A stretch of 11,860 nt of DNA from Candidatus Woesearchaeota archaeon (GTDB lineage Archaea; Nanobdellota; Nanobdellia; Woesearchaeales; SKGA01): contig JAFGOT010000018.1 of NCBI GenBank assembly GCA_016926395.1, forward strand, positions 1 to 11,860, given 5' to 3'. This document shows positions 1-6,702 of the stretch, piece after piece (within the stretch, counting starts at the first letter, position 1; every line of letters starts with the position of its first letter). Position numbers and translations under genes: made by a program. A model generated the notes under the pieces. It had not been told where the DNA came from. It ran no database searches and saw only the letters and a program-made list of their open reading frames with translations.

Positions 1-445
1 CCATTGTTAATGGTTCTGCTTCTTCAGCACCCAACGCTATAGAGTCTTGCTGAAGTTCAGGAATTTCTTCAATAAGTTTTATATGAAAAAACTTCTCTAA
101 TTTTCTAGCTGTCTTAAAGCTGGGTTTTAAATTTCCAGATTCAATGCTGTGAATAAGCGATTCTTTTTCATTAAGCTCTTTTGCAACTTGTTCTTGTTTC
201 AATTTTGACTTTTCTCTAGCATTCTTAACTAAAGAAGAATAATTTTTTACGATTACTTTATTTTCATCAGGATCAACAAAGGTTCTTTTAGGTCTGGATT
301 TTGTAAAATTATTAACTCTTTGAGACGGTGTTTCTAGTTGTGCGCCGTACCTAGCACAATTAGGACAAACTTTCATTATTGTTCCTTCAATTTTAGCTGA
401 AACAAGACTACCAACACTTAAGCCACACATTTCGCAATCTGCCAT
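1..445 (-). CDS. mbf1: Archaeal multiprotein bridging factor 1 (Zn-ribbon + Cro/C1-type HTH); 3' end runs off the window
   Basis: Not in the ORF track. Manual translation from ATG at 445: MADCEMCGLSVGSLVSAKIEGTIMKVCPNCARYG...YSSLVKNAREKSKLKQEQVAKELNEKESLIHSIESGNLKPSFKTARKLEKFFHIKLIE...PLTM. It has two CxxC pairs, an HTH and the C-terminal 'LT(L/M)G' motif typical of aMBF1. The frame is open to base 1. Confidence 0.93.
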   Translation of the reverse strand, partial: MADCEMCGLSVGSLVSAKIEGTIMKVCPNCARYGAQLETPSQRVNNFTKSRPKRTFVDPDENKVIVKNYSSLVKNAREKSKLKQEQVAKELNEKESLIHSIESGNLKPSFKTARKLEKFFHIKLIEEIPELQQDSIALGAEEAEPLTM

Positions 446-469
446 AACAATTATTATAACAAAACTAGT

Positions 470-477
470 ATTTATAA
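470..477 (-). promoter_or_regulatory. TATA-like box for mbf1
   Basis: The minus strand reads TTATAAAT, 25-32 nt upstream of the ATG at 445. This spacing implies a leaderless or very short-leader transcript. Confidence 0.5.
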
Positions 478-508
478 TTTATTGATAATACATTAATTTT
501 AAAGAAGT

Positions 509-1660
509 CTATTTTTGTTTAAATTTAATCAAATCGTATTTTTGACCACCACTTTGAACAGGAATAGTTTGAAATACTTTAAAACCGTGCTTAGATGCCA
601 TTTCGATTGCTTCATCGCTATGAATAAGAAGAACTGCTAAAACTCCTTTTTTAGAAAGAAGGTATTTGCCTTGATAAAAAAGATCATCATATACTTTGGT
701 TATTTGTTTTTGATTACCATTTCGATTACTAATTTGAGGGGGGTTTGTAATAATTAAATCAACTTCTCCTTGTTCAAATTTTGAATCAACCCAATCAATA
801 TCCACTTTAGAGAGTGTGATTGAAGTAAACACTCCACTTAGTTTAGCATTCTTTTGAGCGCCCTTAATAACTTTTAACATATTATCAAAACCAAAGACAG
901 AGATTTCTTTTGAAAGTTCCTTGTCAAGAATTTGTTTACTAACTTCTTCAAAACTAGATTTAAGGATTGGAATTCTAAATCCTGTAAACTTGTTTTCATA
1001 AGGAAAAGAGCTGGTTTCTTCTTTGTATGTTGCAACTTCTATAGGAATTGTACCTCCACCACAAAATGGGTCCACAATTAAACTATCCTTTGTCATTCCA
1101 GACAAACGCGCAATAGTATATGCGATGACTCCATTGATTGATCCGGAGTGTAGTGCAATTTTATATGGTCTTTTGCTAAGTGAAAAACCAATAACATCTA
1201 ATGAAATAACTAACTCAGAGTCAGTAATTATAGCAAGTATTGGTAAATCTGGATTCTTAAGTTTAACATCTAATTCTTTTTTTGATTGATTAAAAAACCA
1301 TTCTCCAACACTTGATGAAACATCAGGACTCGGTATAGAGACTTCGCCGTCTTTGACAGTTCGAACACCAAAAGAATTTGCATCTTTCAAAAATAAATCG
1401 AGTGTTTTTTGATCAAATTTCTTCTCTATCTTACTAAGGGAGTCTTCAACTGTTCCACTAAATTTATCTTTCCCAAGAAGAACGCCTAAATGAATGGCGC
1501 TTTGAAGTCTAAATGAAAGGATAGCAATCTCTTTAGGACTAACATCTTTTATGATTGTTAGTTTATCTTCGCCAGTAACTTTCTTTTTACCAACTAAAGC
1601 GATGATGTCTTCTTTAACGATGTCTTTAGCGCCCTGATAATGATGAATAATTAAATCCAT
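509..1660 (-). CDS. THUMP-domain class I SAM-dependent RNA methyltransferase (COG0116; RlmL/Trm14-like, probable m2G)
   Basis: 383 aa. It has an N-terminal THUMP-like region, 'AYTIARLSG...IVDPFCGGGTIPIE' (motif I), 'VFGFD' (motif II), 'AQKNAKLSGV' and 'IITNPPQ' (motif IV). The insertion after motif I resembles RlmL-type members. The substrate cannot be determined from sequence. Confidence 0.85.
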   Translation of the reverse strand: MDLIIHHYQGAKDIVKEDIIALVGKKKVTGEDKLTIIKDVSPKEIAILSFRLQSAIHLGVLLGKDKFSGTVEDSLSKIEKKFDQKTLDLFLKDANSFGVRTVKDGEVSIPSPDVSSSVGEWFFNQSKKELDVKLKNPDLPILAIITDSELVISLDVIGFSLSKRPYKIALHSGSINGVIAYTIARLSGMTKDSLIVDPFCGGGTIPIEVATYKEETSSFPYENKFTGFRIPILKSSFEEVSKQILDKELSKEISVFGFDNMLKVIKGAQKNAKLSGVFTSITLSKVDIDWVDSKFEQGEVDLIITNPPQISNRNGNQKQITKVYDDLFYQGKYLLSKKGVLAVLLIHSDEAIEMASKHGFKVFQTIPVQSGGQKYDLIKFKQK

Positions 1661-1682
1661 AAATTAGAAAAACAAAACTTCC

Positions 1683-1690
1683 TTTATAAA
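1683..1690 (-). promoter_or_regulatory. TATA box for the RNA methyltransferase (leaderless)
   Basis: TTTATAAA lies 23-30 nt upstream of the ATG at 1660, with purine-rich GAGAG immediately upstream on the minus strand. No SD motif is present. Confidence 0.55.
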
Positions 1691-1741
1691 CTCTCTGAAT
1701 ATTGATTTATTCCTTTTTTGGAGTACATCTTTGTGTTACAC

Positions 1742-1753
1742 AAAGCTTATTAA
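1742..1753 (+). promoter_or_regulatory. BRE/TATA-like promoter of the pepN-ksgA-MCM-like operon
   Basis: AAAG-CTTATTAA ends 30 nt upstream of the ATG at 1783. Confidence 0.5.
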
Positions 1754-1782
1754 TGAAAGATTTCTGCTTAAAGTTGATTATT

Positions 1783-4635
1783 ATGGCTGAAAAAAAACTA
1801 TTCAAATTCTATCCAGAAGACTTTGGTACACAACCAATTAAGGTCAAACATATGAACTTACATTTTGATGTATTTGATGATTACACTGTTGTTAATTCAG
1901 AACAGATTGTAATTGTACAAACCGATGTGTTATCAAAAGTTTCTTTGAATGCAAAAAACCTTGAAATACATGACGTCTTTTGTAATGAAAGTGAAGTAAA
2001 ATATACTTATGATTTTGAAAAAGACTTGCTTCATATAATGTTTGAAACTCCTCAAGCTTTAGGAACCGAATTGCACATTCACACAAAAAGTACTTGTCGA
2101 CCGACAAAAAATGATTTGGAAGGTTTGTATTATGATCAAACACCAGAGGGTGCACCTCCACAGCAAATAACTCAATGTCAACAATGGGGATTTCAAAAAA
2201 TAGTTCCTTGTATTGATGATATGACAAATAAATGTACTTATAGAACAAAAATAAGTGCTGATTCTAGATATACTAACATAATTACTAATGGCGATCCCTT
2301 GGGTGGTAGAGTTCCTGCCGTTGGAGAGGATGGTAAAGTTGTTGAGGGAAGAGTGACTGTAGAATTTGCAAATGAAACAACTCCTATGGCAACATACTTA
2401 TTTTTCTTAGGAGTTGGAACGTGGGATACGCACGAACGCGTATTTACATATCCAAATGGAAACAAATTCAAATTGGAATTGTTAGCTTTACCTGGTTCTG
2501 ATAAAGTTGCGTGTGGACATTCTCTTGATATGTTAACTGATGGGATAATGTGGATACACTTATTCACTGGCGAGAACAAATATGAAAATGAAAAATTAGG
2601 AAATGAAATATTCCAATTATTCAAAGAACGAGAACAAGCAGAAAAAGATGGAAATGAAGAATTAGTTGAAGAACTAAATCTCAAAATGAAAAAGTTATCT
2701 CAAGACAAGACTTGGGGTTATGAGTATACAGGAACTGTATATAGAGAAATTGCAATGCAAAATTCTAATTTTGGAGGAATGGAAAATGTTGGCAACACTA
2801 CAATTGCAGGAAACAGACTTCTTCCATCAAAAGATGTGTCTGATAGACTAATTCATTACATTATTGGTGTTAAAGAACATGAATTCTATCATAACTTAAA
2901 TGGTTCCGAAGTAACTGGTTATACTCCATTTGAATTTTGGCTTAATGAAGCGATGACTGTATACGAACAAGAACATTATGAAGAATTTCATTTTGGAAGA
3001 GAAGCTAATAGATTTGGTTCTGCTCTTGGAATAATATCTCCTGATTCAGGAACACTATCTCTTGATCGGGGAGCAACAAGCATGCCGATAGTTCCTGATG
3101 GATTTAATACTCCTGATGAGCTAGTGACTGGAATAACTTATGTTAAATCTCCAGAATTCTTAAGGATGATGGCACGTATTGTTGGTAAAGAAAAATTTAC
3201 AAAAGCATTCGCAAAATATCATTCTAAATTTAAACACTCAAATGCACGAACAGATGATTGGATTAATACTATGTCAAAAGAAACGGGTTTTGATCTTGCA
3301 CCGATGGCAAAACAATGGCTTAAACAAACAGGTTATCCAACACTAAAAATAACTTCAGAATATGACAATGGAAAATTAAAACTAAATTTATCTCAATCTA
3401 ACGATGAAGGAAAACAATGGATGTTTCCATTTGCATTTGCAGGATTTGATAAAGATGGGAAAAAATTATTTGAGGAAGAGTTATTTATTAAAGAAATAAA
3501 TAATCAGTTTGAGATTGAAACAGATGAACCTTTCTTTCTATCTTTGAATAGGGAGTTCTCATTTTATGGAATGGTTGAGTACACGCAGCCAAGAGAAAGC
3601 TTAATAGCGCAATACAAATACGATGATGATTTATTTGCAAGATTCTTAGCATGGTATGCCCTTTTAGATACTGAAAAAACAGAATTACTAAAAGGCAGAG
3701 AAGAAGTGGATTCTCAAATATTAGATTTGTATTGGGAAAAATTTAGTGATGAAAAATTAATGTTAGAAGTAGGCTCTGGATTGTTAGTTAACTTTGAATA
3801 TGTGAGTGATAAAACATTCTCGCATGATTATGAAAAATTATATCAAGTGAGAACAAAAATATCCAAAGCTGTTGCAACTAAAAATAAAGAAGGTTTGCTT
3901 AAAATATATAAAAAATATCATGGAAAAACATCTGAGAAAAAAGATTATGTTCAAAAAATAATCGAAGATGGAGATATTAGAGGTTACAAAAACACTGCAC
4001 TTGCACTATTATCTCGACTTGATACTCCTGATATTCACGAAATTCTCAAAGAACAATATTACACTGCAACAAATGGTAGTGACCGGATGAGCGCATTTAG
4101 TATGATTCTTGATAGTAGTATGTCTGATAAAGAAGAAGTCTTAAAACATTATGAATCCCAAGCAATAAATGATTTAGTTAAATGGGAATCTTATCTTGCA
4201 ATGCTCGGACGTGCAGAAAGTGATGATGTCGTTGACATGCTAAAAAGAATAGAAAAACACGAATATTTTAGAATAGATCAAGCAAATGATCAAAGAGCAA
4301 CATATATGCTTTTCACATATAATAAAAGAAAATCATTTCAGACTCAAGAAGGAAGAGAATTTGTAAGAGATAGCCTATTGAAATTATCAACACTAAATGA
4401 ATTTACTACAGTTGGAATCCTAGAAGCGTTTGGTGAAATAGATAAGATGGACAAACAATATCATACGCCTTTAGTTCAGATATTAGTTGATGTGCTCCGT
4501 AATGTTACTGAAGCAAAACAACCAAGTGTTTACAAAACAATAATTAGGATGTTATTATCTTTAAAAGAAGCAGTAAATACTTATACTCAAGAAAAAGGAG
4601 AAATTTCTGAACTACAAACTCTAAATGAAAATTGA
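1783..4635 (+). CDS. pepN: M1-family zinc aminopeptidase N (PepN-like)
   Basis: GGMEN exopeptidase motif (2773-2787), HEFYH-x18-E zinc motif (from 2878) and the 'ITYVKSPE' catalytic Tyr region. It also has an N-terminal 'TQCQQWGFQKI' segment and a C-terminal helical domain. Start re-called to ATG 1783 (MAEKKLFKFYPEDF, 950 aa) rather than TTG 1702, which lies within the promoter region. Confidence 0.93.
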   Translation: MAEKKLFKFYPEDFGTQPIKVKHMNLHFDVFDDYTVVNSEQIVIVQTDVLSKVSLNAKNLEIHDVFCNESEVKYTYDFEKDLLHIMFETPQALGTELHIHTKSTCRPTKNDLEGLYYDQTPEGAPPQQITQCQQWGFQKIVPCIDDMTNKCTYRTKISADSRYTNIITNGDPLGGRVPAVGEDGKVVEGRVTVEFANETTPMATYLFFLGVGTWDTHERVFTYPNGNKFKLELLALPGSDKVACGHSLDMLTDGIMWIHLFTGENKYENEKLGNEIFQLFKEREQAEKDGNEELVEELNLKMKKLSQDKTWGYEYTGTVYREIAMQNSNFGGMENVGNTTIAGNRLLPSKDVSDRLIHYIIGVKEHEFYHNLNGSEVTGYTPFEFWLNEAMTVYEQEHYEEFHFGREANRFGSALGIISPDSGTLSLDRGATSMPIVPDGFNTPDELVTGITYVKSPEFLRMMARIVGKEKFTKAFAKYHSKFKHSNARTDDWINTMSKETGFDLAPMAKQWLKQTGYPTLKITSEYDNGKLKLNLSQSNDEGKQWMFPFAFAGFDKDGKKLFEEELFIKEINNQFEIETDEPFFLSLNREFSFYGMVEYTQPRESLIAQYKYDDDLFARFLAWYALLDTEKTELLKGREEVDSQILDLYWEKFSDEKLMLEVGSGLLVNFEYVSDKTFSHDYEKLYQVRTKISKAVATKNKEGLLKIYKKYHGKTSEKKDYVQKIIEDGDIRGYKNTALALLSRLDTPDIHEILKEQYYTATNGSDRMSAFSMILDSSMSDKEEVLKHYESQAINDLVKWESYLAMLGRAESDDVVDMLKRIEKHEYFRIDQANDQRATYMLFTYNKRKSFQTQEGREFVRDSLLKLSTLNEFTTVGILEAFGEIDKMDKQYHTPLVQILVDVLRNVTEAKQPSVYKTIIRMLLSLKEAVNTYTQEKGEISELQTLNEN

Positions 4636-4642
4636 TGACTAA

Positions 4643-5359
4643 ATGGAAAACAACCTTGACTTAGGACAACACTTCATGAAAGATGAAGAAATATTAGAAA
4701 AAGTAGTTAACTCTTCAGAAATAAAAAATGACGAAATAGTTCTGGAGGTTGGAAGTGGTGAAGGGGATTTAAGCAAAAAAATACTTGAAAAAAATCCTCG
4801 AGAACTTATTTGTGTTGAAATAGATTCTAGATTCAAAATTTATGATGATAGAATAAGTTTTATTCAAGGAAATATTTTAGAAGAAATAGAAGATATAACT
4901 TTTGACAATTTTGTAGCTAACATTCCATATCACATCAGTGAACCATTGCTTATAAAATTAATACTTCGTAGAACAAAAAAAATTAACATGGTTTGTGGGA
5001 AAAAATTTGCAGACGCGTTATTTGGAGATTCAATAATTGGATTAATCACAAGATTTTCTTATGATATAGTTTTAGTTGAAACTATTTCGCCAGAAAAATT
5101 TATTCCTCCTCCAAAAGTCAATTCTGCATTAGTAACTCTAAGATATAAAAAAGAAAGCGATATATTTCTAACCTTTTATGAACATCAAAAACAAAAGGTA
5201 AAAAACTATATTTTGACAATTTCAGAAGGTAAAAAGACTAAAAATGAGGTAAAACTTCTTTCAGAGACTATAGCGGACTTACTTGATAAGAATTTATATA
5301 CTCTAAATTTAGAAGAATACAAACAACTCTATAACTTTATAAATAATAACTTACTTTAA
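4643..5359 (+). CDS. ksgA: 16S rRNA m6,2A dimethyltransferase KsgA/RsmA/Dim1
   Basis: Motifs LGQHFM, VLEVGSGEGDLS, CVEID, ANIPYHIS and FIPPPKVNS. It starts 7 nt after the pepN stop. Confidence 0.92.
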   Translation: MENNLDLGQHFMKDEEILEKVVNSSEIKNDEIVLEVGSGEGDLSKKILEKNPRELICVEIDSRFKIYDDRISFIQGNILEEIEDITFDNFVANIPYHISEPLLIKLILRRTKKINMVCGKKFADALFGDSIIGLITRFSYDIVLVETISPEKFIPPPKVNSALVTLRYKKESDIFLTFYEHQKQKVKNYILTISEGKKTKNEVKLLSETIADLLDKNLYTLNLEEYKQLYNFINNNLL

Positions 5360-5374
5360 TTTCTAGAGGTTAAT

Positions 5375-6571
5375 ATGGAACGCACATTTAAGGATTTGAT
5401 ATTGTCTTTGTTTCCTTTATCAAAAAATCACAAGTTAACAATAAGTAAGTTATCTAATGACTTAAAACCTGAGCAAATAAAAGATATAAAATATTTGTTA
5501 AAAACAAAGAAAATAGGAATTGTAACAACGCCAACAAGAATATCCAAAGAACTGGCTCATTTTTCTGCTTACACACAATTTCAAATAATGATTGAAAATC
5601 CTCAAGTGCAGACTTTCATAAATGATATTAATCATCAAGTAAAAGAAAGTTCTCAAAGAAATTCATATCATTCGTTTTCAAAACATGCATATGAAAGATT
5701 AGTGCGATATATTGCTCCAAACATTTTGGGTCTTGCTGAAATAAAAGAATCAGTATTGTTATTATTATTTTCAAAAGAAAGATTTCACATTTTATTAGTT
5801 GGTGATCCTGGAACTGGAAAAACAGATATAATAAGATCGGCACAAAGATTGGCTCCAATATCTTCGTTCGGACTTGGATCGGGAACAAGCGGTGCAGGTC
5901 TTAGTGTTTCAATGAAAGGAAAAGAATTGGAACTTGGATTACTTCCTCTTGCCCATCAAGGAATTTGCTGTATTGATGAATTAAACTTAATGCAAGTTCG
6001 AGATCGAGCCGCACTATATAGTGCTATGGAAAAAGGTTTTGTAACTTATGATAAAAAAGGAATGCATAAACAAATCCCTGCAGAGATAAGAATACTGGCA
6101 ACGGCTAACCCTGTTGGAGATAAATTTGTTGGAAGAAGTTTAAGTGTATTAAAAGAACAATTACCTTTTGATGCAGCATTGCTATCTCGATTTCACTTAT
6201 CTTATGTTATTAGAGAACCAGACGCTCATAAACTTGCAACCATTGCTAAAAAAATAGTTAAAAGTGATTCAATAAAATTAAGAGAAGAAGACTTAGAATA
6301 CATAAAAGGCTACATTGAATATTCATTAAAACAAGATGTAGAATTTGACAAACGTTATGCGCAATTAATTTCTGATTTTATTGAAGATGTAAAAACTAAT
6401 GAAAGTAAATATGTTGTAGAAATAGGCCCTCGATTAGTTCATGGAATAATGAGATTAGCACAAGCAAGGGCGAGAATAGAATTACGAGACAAGACAACTA
6501 AAGAAGATGTTTTAGAAGCAATAAGGCTTGTTAAAGATTCCCTATATATTGAAGACATAGTTCGTCCTTGA
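5375..6571 (+). CDS. Minimal MCM-family AAA+ ATPase lacking the canonical N-terminal domain and C-terminal winged helix
   Basis: Motifs IAPNILGLAEIKE, Walker A GDPGTGKT (from 5801), Walker B CCIDE (5966-5980), pre-sensor-1 hairpin VTYDKKG, sensor 1 ATANP, Arg finger LLSRF (6188-6190) and sensor 2 GPRLVHGIMRLAQARA. SD GAGGT lies upstream. The protein is only 398 aa. Confidence 0.88.
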   Translation: MERTFKDLILSLFPLSKNHKLTISKLSNDLKPEQIKDIKYLLKTKKIGIVTTPTRISKELAHFSAYTQFQIMIENPQVQTFINDINHQVKESSQRNSYHSFSKHAYERLVRYIAPNILGLAEIKESVLLLLFSKERFHILLVGDPGTGKTDIIRSAQRLAPISSFGLGSGTSGAGLSVSMKGKELELGLLPLAHQGICCIDELNLMQVRDRAALYSAMEKGFVTYDKKGMHKQIPAEIRILATANPVGDKFVGRSLSVLKEQLPFDAALLSRFHLSYVIREPDAHKLATIAKKIVKSDSIKLREEDLEYIKGYIEYSLKQDVEFDKRYAQLISDFIEDVKTNESKYVVEIGPRLVHGIMRLAQARARIELRDKTTKEDVLEAIRLVKDSLYIEDIVRP

Positions 6572-6572
6572 G

Positions 6573-6577
6573 AAAAA
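6573..6577 (-). terminator. Possible oligo(T) terminator of the sRNA
   Basis: TTTTT on the minus strand begins 3 nt after the 3' terminal stem. Oligo(T) runs act as archaeal terminators. Confidence 0.35.
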
Positions 6578-6579
6578 TT

Positions 6580-6643
6580 TCCCTCAGATAACTCTCTTCT
6601 CATCACTAAAAAGTTTCAGACGGGAATAACCTCATCATAGGGA
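6580..6643 (-). ncRNA. Box C/D 2'-O-methylation guide sRNA
   Basis: The minus strand reads UCCC-U-AUGAUGA(C)-GGUUAUUCCCGU-CUGA(D')-AACUUUUUA-GUGAUGA(C')-GAAGAGAGUUAU-CUGA(D)-GGGA. All four boxes match consensus, both guides are 12 nt, and a 4-bp terminal stem UCCC/GGGA with a 3-nt bulge gives K-turn geometry. There is an upstream TATA-like element and a downstream T5 run. Confidence 0.92.
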
Positions 6644-6666
6644 TGTTTTATCAGAATTCTTTTTGA

Positions 6667-6674
6667 TTTAAAAA
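6667..6674 (-). promoter_or_regulatory. TATA-like box for the C/D sRNA
   Basis: TTTTTAAA on the minus strand lies 24-31 nt upstream of the sRNA 5' stem at 6643. Confidence 0.5.
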
Positions 6675-6702
6675 TTATTTGATTGCTCTTACTTTAACAA
6701 AA

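Noticed and set aside
1023-1289. 88-aa + strand ORF
   Set aside because: It is a codon-aligned antisense shadow of the methyltransferase, with no motifs or expression signals.
1702-1782. TTG start extending PepN by 27 aa
   Set aside because: The extension covers the promoter and palindrome region and has atypical composition. ATG 1783 fits the TATA spacing.
1892-2684. Two minus-strand ORFs (1892-2248, 2238-2684)
   Set aside because: Both lie antisense to the well-supported pepN, and their F/S/N-rich composition is typical of shadow ORFs.
4633-4638. TGATGA resembling a box C at the pepN/ksgA junction
   Set aside because: It is a tandem stop codon, with no correctly spaced CUGA D'/D boxes or terminal stem.
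4639-4836. 65-aa minus-strand ORF
   Set aside because: Antisense shadow of ksgA.
5628-5888. 86-aa minus-strand ORF
   Set aside because: Antisense shadow of the MCM-like gene.
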